A DNA stretch of 64,000 nucleotides from an uncultured delta proteobacterium (GCA_963699755.1 CAVOVB010000003.1:544001-608000); one strand, 5' to 3'; shown: positions 1 through 12,783, counted from the first letter of the stretch. Program-made: numbers and translations. Notes: generated by a model not told the origin, from the sequence alone.

Positions 1-2
1 AC

Positions 3-212
3 GACAAGAGAAAGGGCGTGTCTCAGGGCGACGTCATCGAGGTGAAAGTCATCGGCGTCGAGCGCGACGGCTCCCTACGCTGCTCGGTTCGCGCCCGACT
101 CCTCGATGACGAGCGCAAGGCCGTCCGAGAGTACCGCAAGGAGTCGGCGCAGCAGGGGCTGGGTACCTTTGGCGACTTGCTCAAAGCCAAGCTCGGCGGC
201 GGCTCAGACTAA
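3..212 (+). CDS. 3' end of S1 RNA-binding domain protein (ribosomal protein S1-like), truncated by window start
   Basis: GDVIEVKVIGVERDGSLRCS resembles an S1 OB-fold repeat; the C-terminal LGTFGDLLK tail is typical of S1-like proteins; the frame is open from the window start. Confidence 0.75.
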   Translation, partial: DKRKGVSQGDVIEVKVIGVERDGSLRCSVRARLLDDERKAVREYRKESAQQGLGTFGDLLKAKLGGGSD

Positions 213-340
213 TCCCGGGGCGCGGAAAAAGACGTCACGGGCTTCCACCGAACGGCTCGCGCTTCCGCGGATGTTGGCGGGCGGTGGGGCGGCTGGTTGC
301 ATGGTTTGGTTTAGTTACACCGCGCGCCCACCCCCGCCCG

Positions 341-439
341 TAGTCCTCCCTGCCGCGGCATTCGCTTCGCTCTGCCTTGGCGGCGGTTTTGGCGCCGGGC
401 TTTGCCTTCGGGCTCGCGGGGACTGCTATCTTGCTAGTG
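341..439 (-). repeat. Dispersed hairpin-rich repeat, copy A (homologous to 62642-62742)
   Basis: Reverse complement shares the blocks CGCGAGCCCG, AAGCCCGGCGC, CAAGGC, AGCGA, GCCGC and CAGGGAGGA in the same order with 62642-62742. Confidence 0.8.
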
Positions 440-547
440 GCGCGGGGGACTTGTCTTGATGGCGCCGCTCGGCGGAACGCGCCCCCGTATCCTCCGATCG
501 CGAGCACGCCCGTCGCGAGGGGTTCTCCGCTTGTATGCCTGGTCGAC

Positions 548-576
548 TTGTCGCTTGGCTTATCGTCGTTTAGGCT
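548..576 (+). promoter_or_regulatory. Putative sigma70-type promoter for the tRNA
   Basis: TTGTCG (548-553), 17 nt spacer, TAGGCT (571-576), then a GC-rich discriminator CCGCGCC just upstream of the tRNA. Confidence 0.55.
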
Positions 577-593
577 CCGCGCCGTTTCGAATT

Positions 594-665
594 GGGCGAT
601 TAACTCAGGGGTAGAGTGGTTTCTTCACACGGAACAAGTCGCTGGTTCAAATCCAGCATCGCCCA
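594..665 (+). tRNA. tRNA-Val (anticodon CAC); CCA not encoded
   Basis: Cloverleaf: acceptor GGGCGAT/ATCGCCC, D arm ACTC/GAGT, anticodon arm GTTTC-TTCACAC-GGAAC, T arm GCTGG-TTCAAAT-CCAGC, discriminator A followed by CCC. Confidence 0.97.
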
Positions 666-732
666 CCCACAAATCATGGCTCGTTGAAGGCGGTCGGGCC
701 GGCCGCTTGCGAGGCAATCGAAGGAGAAGCGC

Positions 733-1758
733 GTGTCTGACCTGACGACGTTGGTCCAGGGAATCCAGACCGGAGAGATGCGAGCCCTCGGGCGGGCCTG
801 CCGGCTGATCGACGAGCGGGATCCTCGCGCCTTCGAATTGCTGAAGCGAATCTTCACGCACGAAGAGCGTGCCTACGTGATCGGCGTGACGGGCACGCCG
901 GGCGCTGGCAAGAGCACCTTGGTCGACGGCCTGATTCGACTCTATCGCGACCAGGGCAAACGCGTCGCCGTTCTCGCCATCGACCCGACGAGCCCCTATT
1001 CGGGCGGTGCGATCCTCGGCGATCGGATCCGAATGCAACAGCACTTCACCGACGAAGGGGTGTTCATTCGTTCGATCGCAACTCGCGGTCACCTCGGCGG
1101 GCTTTCTCGCTCGACCGGTGACGTGCTTCACGTCTTGCGTGCCTCTAGCTTCGATGTGGTGATCCTGGAGACCGTTGGTGTCGGGCAGGACGAGCTCGAG
1201 GTGACGCAGCTCGCGGACACCACACTCGTGGTGATGGCGCCCGGGCTCGGAGACGATATTCAGGCGATCAAGGCTGGTATCCTCGAGGTGGCCGACGTCT
1301 TCGCCGTGAACAAGTCCGATCGCGTCGGTGCCGACGCCACCGTGCAAGACCTTGAGCAGATGCTCTCGCTTCGGCGCGCGCCGACCGGTGTCGCCAAGAT
1401 GCAAGGGCACACCGCCGTATCTACGCTGCGAAAAGGTCCGGAAGCCGAGGGCGGCGAGTGGCTGCCACCGATTCTCAAGACCATCGCCCATCGTCGAGAG
1501 GGGCTAGGCGACTTGGTCGATGCGTTTTCGAAGCACCGGGAGTTTCTCACGACGACCGAGGCCGGAAAGGCGCTTCGGGCCAAACGGCAAGTCGCCGAGT
1601 TCCGGGGAATTTTGTACCAGGCATTGATCGACGAGGTGGATGCACGCTTTGCCGAGCAGGTTAGCGAGAAGTTGCAGGACATCGTCGATGGCCGGACCGA
1701 TCCCTACTCGAGCGCAGAAGCTCTGGTGCGCGCCGCGATGAGCGAGCCGGAATCCTAG
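733..1758 (+). CDS. meaB: Methylmalonyl-CoA mutase-associated GTPase MeaB/ArgK
   Basis: GTPGAGKST P-loop, AIDPTSPYSGGAILGDRIRM, ETVGVGQDE, NKSD. Confidence 0.93.
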   Translation: MSDLTTLVQGIQTGEMRALGRACRLIDERDPRAFELLKRIFTHEERAYVIGVTGTPGAGKSTLVDGLIRLYRDQGKRVAVLAIDPTSPYSGGAILGDRIRMQQHFTDEGVFIRSIATRGHLGGLSRSTGDVLHVLRASSFDVVILETVGVGQDELEVTQLADTTLVVMAPGLGDDIQAIKAGILEVADVFAVNKSDRVGADATVQDLEQMLSLRRAPTGVAKMQGHTAVSTLRKGPEAEGGEWLPPILKTIAHRREGLGDLVDAFSKHREFLTTTEAGKALRAKRQVAEFRGILYQALIDEVDARFAEQVSEKLQDIVDGRTDPYSSAEALVRAAMSEPES

Positions 1759-1762
1759 TCGG

Positions 1763-2662
1763 TTAGCGCTCTCCCACGATGAAGTCGGCAAGTCGTTTGG
1801 CTCGATGCTCGGTGAGGGTGTCCGTCCCGCCCCAGATCGGAACGGCCGCACCGATGCGCGCGAAGCCGTCGTACAGAAGGAAGCGTGCGAGGAGCTCTTC
1901 TCTGCTGTGCAAGGAGCGAATGAACTGAATCGGGAAGGCGAAGGTGCCTAGAACCGGAACAAGTCCCACGAGCAACGCGGTCGAGGGGCGTTCCTTGCCG
2001 CGGATCGAATTTTGGACGATGCGACAGCTGGTGTAGAGCGAACGGGCCGCGGGTCCGGCGGCCACCATGCCGAGCGCCAACGAGCCTTCGCTGAGGAGGC
2101 CGAATGCGCACAGGAGCGGAAGAAACCAGTACTCGAGCGTCTTCACGAAAGGCTTGATGGCGAGGTGAACACCAAAATCGGTGGCAAACGTCGCCGAGTC
2201 TTCCTGTTCGAGGTGACCTCGTAGGAGCTCGGCATCGTTCTCGGACATCTGTCGCCGGTCGAGCCAGGCGGCGATGCGCTGCTCGGTGAACTCGCGCGCG
2301 AGCTCGGCTCTGTATCGTTGCGACAAGAAGAAGCGTCCAACGCGAGACGGAAGGGTCCGCCAAGGCACGCTGGCGAGTCGGCGAAGCCCCCCGTGGACGC
2401 ACCTGACGAGGCTCCCCGGTAGACGGCTCAACGCCGCGCTGCTCTCGCGCAGATACCAACGGACCGGGCGAGGGCGGAACCAGTCCGCCTCGGCTTGGCT
2501 GAGGTCGCCGCGTGCGAGACGGTAGCCGATGCTTCGGGCCGCGCGCGTCTGGGTCTTCCGCCGCTTGATTCCATGCCCAGCCATGAGAGCGGGCCGCATA
2601 GAGCGCGCCGTCGAACGGACGCCAGGTCCAACGCTGGCGCAGGAATTGTCGTCATCCCCCAT
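1763..2662 (-). CDS. Hypothetical membrane protein (start uncertain)
   Basis: Long ORF with hydrophobic C-terminal segments (WFLPLLCAFGLL, LLVGLVPVLGTFAFP); no family recognised. Confidence 0.55.
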   Translation of the reverse strand: MGDDDNSCASVGPGVRSTARSMRPALMAGHGIKRRKTQTRAARSIGYRLARGDLSQAEADWFRPRPVRWYLRESSAALSRLPGSLVRCVHGGLRRLASVPWRTLPSRVGRFFLSQRYRAELAREFTEQRIAAWLDRRQMSENDAELLRGHLEQEDSATFATDFGVHLAIKPFVKTLEYWFLPLLCAFGLLSEGSLALGMVAAGPAARSLYTSCRIVQNSIRGKERPSTALLVGLVPVLGTFAFPIQFIRSLHSREELLARFLLYDGFARIGAAVPIWGGTDTLTEHRAKRLADFIVGER

Positions 2663-2762
2663 CCAACACGATAGAGGCTGGGCGCTCCGGAGCCCAAACG
2701 TGCGGAAGCCTACAATTGCGTCCTGTCATGGCGGACAAGACGGCTTGGGCTAAAGTCCACCC

Positions 2763-3539
2763 ATGACCTCGTTTGTGGAAGTGACGCACGATGGCCACGT
2801 CAGCACCTTGACGATCGACCGTCCCGACAAGCTCAATGCACTCAGTGAGGAGGTGCTCGCCGATTTAGGCGCCGCCATCGAAACGATAGCTGGCAACGAA
2901 GACGTCTGGGCCGCGGTGATCACGGGGACAGGGAAGGCGTTCGTTGCGGGCGCGGACATTGCCGCCATGAAGGGCATGAGCGAGGCTCAGGGGCGCGCTT
3001 TTGGCGCGCTCGGGCACGATGTGTTCACGGCGATCGAGAATCTTCGCTGTCCGGTCATTGCGGCGGTCAACGGCTTCGCTCTCGGCGGCGGTTGCGAGCT
3101 CGCGCTTGCCTGTGACTTCGTCTACGCCTCGACTAGGGCCAAGTTCGGTCAGCCGGAGGTGAATCTCGGGATCATCCCCGGCTTTGGCGGCACACAGCGT
3201 CTGCCACGACGGGTCGGTTCCGCGCTTGCCCGTGAGCTCATCTACACCGGGCAGATGCTCAACGCGGAAGAGGCGCTTCGCATCGGCCTGGCCAACGCGG
3301 TATTCGAGCCGCACGAGTTGCTCACAGCCGCGCACAAGACGGCTGCCGAGATCGCGAGCAAGGGGCCGTTGGCGGTCGCCGCTGCGAAGCGGTTGATTCG
3401 GGACGGCGCGGACCTGCCGTTGCCGGAGGCGAATCGACTCGAACAAGAGGCCTTTGGTGAAGCCTTTGGCACCCACGATCAACGCGAGGGCATGGCCGCG
3501 TTTCTCGAGAAACGGGCACCGGCGTTCACAGGCGCCTAG
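2763..3539 (+). CDS. Enoyl-CoA hydratase/crotonase family protein
   Basis: AFVAGADI, AAVNGFALGGGCELALACD, FGQPEVNLGIIPGFGGTQRL. Confidence 0.95.
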   Translation: MTSFVEVTHDGHVSTLTIDRPDKLNALSEEVLADLGAAIETIAGNEDVWAAVITGTGKAFVAGADIAAMKGMSEAQGRAFGALGHDVFTAIENLRCPVIAAVNGFALGGGCELALACDFVYASTRAKFGQPEVNLGIIPGFGGTQRLPRRVGSALARELIYTGQMLNAEEALRIGLANAVFEPHELLTAAHKTAAEIASKGPLAVAAAKRLIRDGADLPLPEANRLEQEAFGEAFGTHDQREGMAAFLEKRAPAFTGA

Positions 3540-3547
3540 GCCGAAAC

Positions 3548-6238
3548 TCAGCGTGAGCCAAAGGCATGCTCGATGCCTGGTCGATGCACGCGCGCTCGTT
3601 CGGCGCAGAGTGAAATCGCCTCGACCGTGAAGGCGAGGTTCCGCGGGCCACCCGAGAGGTCGGCGACTCTTGGATCGAAGAAGCGCTGCACCGCGGCTGC
3701 CGCCTCGTCGGTGCAAAACGACGCGGCATTCAAAGGTGAGCCGCCGACCTGTGTCCTACCGAAACGGGCGGCGAAGGCATCGAAGTTATCAGTGAGCCAC
3801 TGCCACGCGCGTTCTCGGGTTCGTGGGTTCTGGAATTGCTCGCCCAGCACGCTGCCGATTTCGTTGACACGAACACGAGGATCGAGCACCAGATCAAGCG
3901 CGCGTTCGGACAGCTCAGGCGTCTCGGCCTGTCCAAGGGCAGCGAGGAGGCGAATGCGCGTGGTGGCGTCGCTGCTCGACTCGAGAAGCCCGAGCAAATG
4001 CTCAAAGAACGCCGAGCCGTCGACTTGGACTGCGGTTGCGAGCACGAGTCCGATGAGCTGAGGGTCGACGACGTCTGGCTTCGCCTTGGACCGGTAGCCG
4101 ATGTAGCTTCGGCCGAGGCGCGCAGCCTGCTGACGGGCGTTTCCGTCCCTCACGTCCATCACCATGAATCGAACGACGGCCTCGCGAAGAATCTTCGTGT
4201 CACTCGAATCACTGGGCCTCGACCGCCATCCGAGCCGCCGGTAGCGCGTGCGGTAGAGCCTGCTCGCGTAGGTTGTCACCTTTGCGCGAAGCTCCGCGGG
4301 CGCAGCATCGTCGATCATGAATCGAAGCGGCCTCATCGGAGCGACCGCGAGCTGTCGAAGGGGGCTCGAGACCAGGATGGAGAACCAAGGAAGCATGTCC
4401 TCCACGCCCATGGTGCCCCGCTCGAACGCGGCCTCCACACTGTCGGCGACCGCCATCTGTCCCCGATCCGAGAGCTCTTCGAAGCCCTTCGTTCGGAGCT
4501 CCTTCCACTCGCCGGCGGACATCGAGAAGCGGAAGTAGCCCGCGGCCCTGGCATTCGGCATCCACCAGGTTGGGCAGCCTGGGAGCTCGATTTCGCCCTG
4601 TGCTTCGATGAGTGAGCTACAACTCGTCCCTGCGCTGTGACGGACGCAAAGGGGGATCCGCCAGATTCGGTCCGGGTCGCCGCTCGAGCCGATCGGGAGG
4701 AAGCGCTCTTGCGCCAGCTTCAGCGTGCGCGTGCCGCCTTCGCATGAGCCCGCTGCCGTCCCCGTTACCAGAGGAACGCCGGGTTGCGTCAGGAACGTGC
4801 GAAATGCAGGCGAGACCTCCGCACTGCCGACTTCATCGAGGGCCGCCAGCAGATCCGCGGAGGTCGCGGTGCCGCCCCGGTGTCGCCGCATGTAGAGGCG
4901 AATCGCCTCCCGAAAGGTGTCAGGGCCCATCCAGCGCTCGAACATTCCGAGAACGGCTCCGCCTTTTTCGTAGGTGATGGTGTCGAAGGCGTTCTTGATG
5001 TCATGGTTGCTCTCGATGGGCTGGGCGATGCTGCGTGCGCTGCTGAGGCTGTCAACCCGCATCGCGCGTTGTGCCGAGGCCGCCTCGACGAGCTCGACGC
5101 GATACTCGGGGTGCAGTTGCTGCACGACTTTGTTACCCATCCAGGTAGCGAACGCCTCGTTTAACCAGATGTCGTCCCACCATGGCATCGTGACGAGGTT
5201 CCCAAACCACTGATGGGCGAGCTCGTGCGCCAAGACATAGGCAAAGGCGCGTCGCTGGTATTCGGTTGCGCGCTTCTCATCGAGCAAGAGGAGCCATTCG
5301 CGAAAGGTGATCAAACCGACGTTTTCCATGGCGCCTGCCGCGAAATCGGGGACGGCTGCCAGATCGAGCTTTCGGTACGGGTAGGGGATGTCGAAGTAGT
5401 CTTCGAGCGCCAGGACGAACTCTCCGGTTCGTTCTAGCGCAAATCGCAGTTTCTCGCCTTGGCCCTTGGCAGCGAGACCGCGGAGCGGAATCGGGAACGG
5501 GCGTCGTTCGCTTGGCTCAATGGTCGGACCTTGAACGACATCGAGAGGACCTACGGCCCAGGCGACGAGATAGCTGGGGAGCGGAGGGGTTGGCATGAAG
5601 CTGATGCGTTGAAGGCCATCAGGAAGCTCGATCGTTCGGTCCACCGGCGTATTTGCCGCGGCGAACTCGCCCTGCGGAATGGTGAGCGTCACGTCGAAGG
5701 GGGTCTTGAAACGCGGCTCGTCGAAGCATGGAAAGGCGAGGCGCGCGCTGATCGACTCGAACTGCGTGAAGGCATAGATCTCCCCGCCGGACTCGACGCG
5801 ATAGAGCCCTTGGAGCGGGGTGTCGAAGCCGGCCGTGTAGGCGATGTGCAGGCTGCTCCGCCCAGCGGGCAAGGGCTCTTGCAACCCGATGCGAACCACG
5901 CCGTCCGATGTCTCTTGGGTCCAGGTCGCGGGGACGCTGCTGGTCGCGTGCGTGGCATGGATCGCGGTGACGTCCAGACCCTGACCGTGCATCCAGATTG
6001 TGGCCGAGGGTTGGTCGAGCTCGATGCCGATGACGGCCGTTCCGGAGAACCTGTCGTGCTCCGGAATGATCGTGAGACTCAGGCGATAGCTGGTCGGCCG
6101 AGTACCTTCGGGGAGCTTGCCGGTGGGAACCTGCCCGACCGGAGGAGTCGTTTCCAGTGGTTCTTTCGCGCCTCCGCAGCCGAGCGAGACGAAGAGGAAG
6201 AAAGAAACGCTGAGCGCCGCTCGGTTCCAGATGCTCAT
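3548..6238 (-). CDS. M1 family zinc aminopeptidase, probable lipoprotein
   Basis: GAMEN and HELAH...WLNE motifs, ERAP1-like C-terminus, lipobox-like LFVSLGC; ATG at 6238 overlaps the upstream stop (ATGA). Confidence 0.93.
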   Translation of the reverse strand: MSIWNRAALSVSFFLFVSLGCGGAKEPLETTPPVGQVPTGKLPEGTRPTSYRLSLTIIPEHDRFSGTAVIGIELDQPSATIWMHGQGLDVTAIHATHATSSVPATWTQETSDGVVRIGLQEPLPAGRSSLHIAYTAGFDTPLQGLYRVESGGEIYAFTQFESISARLAFPCFDEPRFKTPFDVTLTIPQGEFAAANTPVDRTIELPDGLQRISFMPTPPLPSYLVAWAVGPLDVVQGPTIEPSERRPFPIPLRGLAAKGQGEKLRFALERTGEFVLALEDYFDIPYPYRKLDLAAVPDFAAGAMENVGLITFREWLLLLDEKRATEYQRRAFAYVLAHELAHQWFGNLVTMPWWDDIWLNEAFATWMGNKVVQQLHPEYRVELVEAASAQRAMRVDSLSSARSIAQPIESNHDIKNAFDTITYEKGGAVLGMFERWMGPDTFREAIRLYMRRHRGGTATSADLLAALDEVGSAEVSPAFRTFLTQPGVPLVTGTAAGSCEGGTRTLKLAQERFLPIGSSGDPDRIWRIPLCVRHSAGTSCSSLIEAQGEIELPGCPTWWMPNARAAGYFRFSMSAGEWKELRTKGFEELSDRGQMAVADSVEAAFERGTMGVEDMLPWFSILVSSPLRQLAVAPMRPLRFMIDDAAPAELRAKVTTYASRLYRTRYRRLGWRSRPSDSSDTKILREAVVRFMVMDVRDGNARQQAARLGRSYIGYRSKAKPDVVDPQLIGLVLATAVQVDGSAFFEHLLGLLESSSDATTRIRLLAALGQAETPELSERALDLVLDPRVRVNEIGSVLGEQFQNPRTRERAWQWLTDNFDAFAARFGRTQVGGSPLNAASFCTDEAAAAVQRFFDPRVADLSGGPRNLAFTVEAISLCAERARVHRPGIEHAFGSR

Positions 6239-7305
6239 CTCGGTGATCTTCGTCCGGGGTCGTGGCCGAGCGCGTACAAGCGATCGTAGAGCTCTCGCCC
6301 CAAGGGTTGGTGAGAGGTGCGTGGCAGCGCTTGGCCGAGGTAGGGAGGGAGACTTCGAAGCGACTGGGCGAGCTCCTCCATCGAAGGGCCTTCCGGATCG
6401 AGGGCGAGCTTCGAGGAAGGGCGCCGATTGGCGAACCAGCTCGCGGTCGCCGTGAAAAAGACGGCCAGGGCAATTGCCGCGACGAGTTTGGGTGGCTGCT
6501 CTTCGCCGACCATGCCCGCAAGGACGAATAGAATGACCGACAATGAAATGGCGATGGCCCAGCGCAGCACGCTCCCGGAGCCTGCGCTCCCAACGCCCCC
6601 GGCCTCGTACCGGACCAGCGTTTGCCAGTGTCGTTCGGGCGCCCGATTGAAGAGACCGTCGCTCACGAGGGCGGTTCGGAGCCAGGGGAGCGCGGCCGCG
6701 TGCGTGAGAAACGGGGCGGGGGCGGGAAGATGGGCGATGCGCCAGCAGCGGTGCTCGATTTCGATCGGCGAGGGGAACACGGGCCAGATGCCGAGCTTCA
6801 TCACCAACCAGGGGCTGACGACGATGACCGATGCGACGGAGAGAAGCGCGGCAGTGATCTCCTGGGCCAAGGCCCCAAACGGTGGAAGCGCCTCGACGGC
6901 GACGCGCGCGAGCAAGGCGAGCCCGGCGGCCAAGATCGGTAAGGTGGACATCTGCACCGCGCGCCCTGCGGTTTCGAGGTGGGACATCGCTTCGCATTCC
7001 TCGGGGGTGCGCTGCGCGAGGGCGATGGCGACCCAGGCGGTCATCACGCACAGGCTCGCGAAGAACCAGGTCCCAGTCAGCGGCAAGCGTGTCGACAGGG
7101 CCGGGTCAGCGGCGAGCGCCCCGGCGACAGCTGACGCCGGAAGCGCCGCCACGCTCGCGAAGAGGCAGGCGCGCCGATACCGCAAGAGCGCTCGCTCTCG
7201 CATTGCCGCTCGGGCCGACCGATGGACCGGGAACCAGGCTCGAAGGCCCGCACAGACCGGCCAGGGGAGTAGGGCGCAGGCGGACAAGACCAGCAGTGAG
7301 GTCAT
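6235..7305 (-). CDS. Multi-pass membrane protein with M48-peptidase-like features but no HExxH
   Basis: Several TM segments; HAAALPWLRTALVSDGL...LVRYEAGG recalls the M48 NA...ivvtdgL...laHExgH pattern; ATGA overlaps at both ends. Confidence 0.6.
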   Translation of the reverse strand: MTSLLVLSACALLPWPVCAGLRAWFPVHRSARAAMRERALLRYRRACLFASVAALPASAVAGALAADPALSTRLPLTGTWFFASLCVMTAWVAIALAQRTPEECEAMSHLETAGRAVQMSTLPILAAGLALLARVAVEALPPFGALAQEITAALLSVASVIVVSPWLVMKLGIWPVFPSPIEIEHRCWRIAHLPAPAPFLTHAAALPWLRTALVSDGLFNRAPERHWQTLVRYEAGGVGSAGSGSVLRWAIAISLSVILFVLAGMVGEEQPPKLVAAIALAVFFTATASWFANRRPSSKLALDPEGPSMEELAQSLRSLPPYLGQALPRTSHQPLGRELYDRLYALGHDPGRRSPR

Positions 7306-8072
7306 GCGAACTCCACCAGGACCGGCGCGTGGTCCGAAGGGGATTTGCGGCCGCGCTCTTCTTGGTCGACCACCGCGCCGATCGTGCGCTCGGCAAGCTT
7401 CGAGGTGCAGTACACATGGTCTATTCGGAGCCCGTTTCCTCGCTGGAAGCCGCCGCCTCGGTAGTCCCACCAGGAATACACGCTCCCGGCTGGATGAAAG
7501 GGGCGGACGACATCGTAGAGTCCGAAGGATGCGAGCTCGGTCAAGGCCTCACGGACTTCGTCGCAAGCAAGCACTGAGGAGCGCCACTCGGCGGGTCGTC
7601 CGATGTCGTCGTCAAAGGGGGCCACGTTGAAGTCCCCGCAGAGTGCGACCTGATCGACCTCGGGGTCGAACCGCTTGCCGAGCGCCTCGCGAAGCCGCGC
7701 AATCCAGCGAAGCTTGTACTGGTACTTGTCGGAACCGACCTCGCCGCCGTTCGGAAAGTAGGCGCTGAGGACCGTCATTCCGTCCAGCTCTGCGCTGATC
7801 AAGCGGGCTTGGGGATCGTCCTCGGCATCGCCGAGGCCCGTCACGATGTTCGACATCGGCTGCCGGCTCAGGATCGCCACCCCGTTGTATGTCTTTTGGC
7901 CGAACACGGCGGCTTCGTACCCACAGTCCCGGATTTCGTCGTACGGGAAATCAGCGTCGCTGACCTTCAACTCCTGAACACAGAGCACGTCGGGCCGGGA
8001 GGCGTCGAGCCAGTCGAGCACGTGCTGCCGGCGTGCCCGAATCGAGTTCACGTTCCACGTAGCGACCTTCAT
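7302..8072 (-). CDS. xth: Exodeoxyribonuclease III
   Basis: MKVATWNVNSIRAR, QELK, GQKTYNGVAILS, GDFN, LRIDH, SDHAPV. Confidence 0.96.
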   Translation of the reverse strand: MKVATWNVNSIRARRQHVLDWLDASRPDVLCVQELKVSDADFPYDEIRDCGYEAAVFGQKTYNGVAILSRQPMSNIVTGLGDAEDDPQARLISAELDGMTVLSAYFPNGGEVGSDKYQYKLRWIARLREALGKRFDPEVDQVALCGDFNVAPFDDDIGRPAEWRSSVLACDEVREALTELASFGLYDVVRPFHPAGSVYSWWDYRGGGFQRGNGLRIDHVYCTSKLAERTIGAVVDQEERGRKSPSDHAPVLVEFA

Positions 8073-8096
8073 CCCCGTATGAAGTAGCATGGAATC

Positions 8097-11106
<3,010 letters not shown>

Positions 11107-11107
11107 C

Positions 11108-12697
11108 TCAGAGCCTCAGGGTATGCACACTGCTCACGTACTCGATGCCACGGAGCTCGTCGAGGGTGTCGCTACCGACGAGCGAATCGACGTTCCACAG
11201 GGCGAGTGCCTGACCGCCTTCTTCGTCGAGCCCTACCTGCATCCGCGAGACGTTGATGCCGCGGTTGCCGAGCAGCGTGCCAACCGATCCGATGACGCCG
11301 GGTCGGTCTTGGTTGCGAATGATGACGATGGGGCCCTCCATGACCGCATCGATCTCGTAGCCTTCGAGGTCGACGAGGCGAGACTCGCCCTTGCGCCCCG
11401 GTGTACCGGTGGCCGTGTGGATCCCCTTTTCGCCGGTGACCGTTACGCGTACCGCGGAGGCATATCGGTGGCTTGCCTCTTTCACCTCCGCGAGCCGAAT
11501 GCCTCGCGCCTGGGCCTCGTAGGGCGCGCTGATCGGATTGACCGGCTCTTCGAGATGGTGCTCGAGGAAGCCCGCCAGGGCTGCGCGTGCAATTGGGGTC
11601 ACGCCGAGCTCACCTGCTTCGCCGGTGCAGGTTACCCGGAGCTCACGCACGTCGATGGGATCGAGCTGCCCAACCAGGCTGCCGAGCGCTTTGGCAACGT
11701 CTAGGTACGGGCCGAGCCGCTCTGCGATCTCCGGGGGCAGAGCGGGCACGTTGACGGCGTTTTTCACGATGCCCAACTGAAGGTAGGCAATCGCCTGCTC
11801 CGCAATCTCGATGGCAACGCGCTCCTGGGCTTCGGAGGTCGAAGCGCCGAGGTGCGGCGTACACAGAACATTGTCGAGGCCGAGCAGCGGACTGTCGGGA
11901 TCGATCGGCTCTTTGCTGAAGACGTCGAGCGCGGCGCCAGCGATCTTGCCGTCGGTGATGGCGCGCGCGAGCGCCTCTTCGTCCACGATTCCGCCCCGCG
12001 CTGCGTTCACGAGCAGGGCGCTGCTCTTCATCTTCTCGAAGGCCGCGTCGCTGATCATGTTGGTCGTCTCCGGCGTGAGCGGGGCGTGAATCGTCACGAA
12101 GTCGGCGCGCTTGAAGAGCTCGTCGATCTCGACGAGCTCGATACCGAGCTCAGCAGCCCGGTCGCTGCTCATCACCGGGTCCACCCCGATGACCTTCATC
12201 TTGAGACCCTGGGCGCGGTCGGCGACGATACGGCCGATGTTCCCGAGGCCGATGATGCCTAGCGTCTTGAATGCGATTTCGCGTCCTTGGAATTTGCTCT
12301 TCTCCCATGTCCCGTTGCGCATCGAAGCGACCGCTTGCGGTATGTTTCTCGCGAGCGAGGCGAGGAGTGCCAGCGCATGCTCCGCGGTCGTCACCGAGTT
12401 GCCGGTCGGGGTGTTCATCACCACGATGCCTCGCCGACTCGCGGCCGGGATGTCCACATTGTCGACCCCGATACCGGCACGACCGACGACGCGCAGGCGG
12501 TGCGCTGCCTCGACGACTCGCGGGGTAACCTGGGTGGCCGAACGGATGATGAGGCCGTCGTACTCCCCGATGACCTCGCAGAGCTCGTCTTCACTCATGC
12601 CGGGTCGAAACTCGAGCTCAACACCCGGAGCGTCCCGCAGAACCTGGAGGCCCGCCTCGGCGAGTTTGTCGGACACGAGGACACGTACGTTGGCCAT
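11108..12697 (-). CDS. serA: D-3-phosphoglycerate dehydrogenase
   Basis: GRAGIGVDNVD, GLGNIG, TPHLGAST, C-terminal ACT domain (NQDRPGVIG); AGGAG upstream of the ATG. Confidence 0.96.
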   Translation of the reverse strand: MANVRVLVSDKLAEAGLQVLRDAPGVELEFRPGMSEDELCEVIGEYDGLIIRSATQVTPRVVEAAHRLRVVGRAGIGVDNVDIPAASRRGIVVMNTPTGNSVTTAEHALALLASLARNIPQAVASMRNGTWEKSKFQGREIAFKTLGIIGLGNIGRIVADRAQGLKMKVIGVDPVMSSDRAAELGIELVEIDELFKRADFVTIHAPLTPETTNMISDAAFEKMKSSALLVNAARGGIVDEEALARAITDGKIAGAALDVFSKEPIDPDSPLLGLDNVLCTPHLGASTSEAQERVAIEIAEQAIAYLQLGIVKNAVNVPALPPEIAERLGPYLDVAKALGSLVGQLDPIDVRELRVTCTGEAGELGVTPIARAALAGFLEHHLEEPVNPISAPYEAQARGIRLAEVKEASHRYASAVRVTVTGEKGIHTATGTPGRKGESRLVDLEGYEIDAVMEGPIVIIRNQDRPGVIGSVGTLLGNRGINVSRMQVGLDEEGGQALALWNVDSLVGSDTLDELRGIEYVSSVHTLRL

Positions 12698-12783
12698 GGC
12701 TACTCCTGTGGAATCGGCCGCAAAAGCCGGGCGCAGAGCTAGCAGCACGCCATCGAAGGGTCAAGGAGGGACGAAGCCCAAGC

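Noticed and set aside
235..507. 90-aa Lys/Ala-rich ORF that could pass as histone-like; also a GGCAAA segment suggestive of a c-di-GMP riboswitch
   Set aside because: The ORF is a translation of the dispersed repeat, and the GAAA tetraloop/GACGCAAAGC arrangement of the riboswitch is missing
594..760. tRNA as a prophage or island integration site
   Set aside because: No integrase, no duplicated tRNA 3' end seen, and the downstream genes are housekeeping
6239..7051. N-terminal 271 aa of the 1167-aa ORF in the track
   Set aside because: Arg/Pro-rich shadow frame overlapping the real upstream gene; the true start is 6238 (signal peptide, ATGA coupling)
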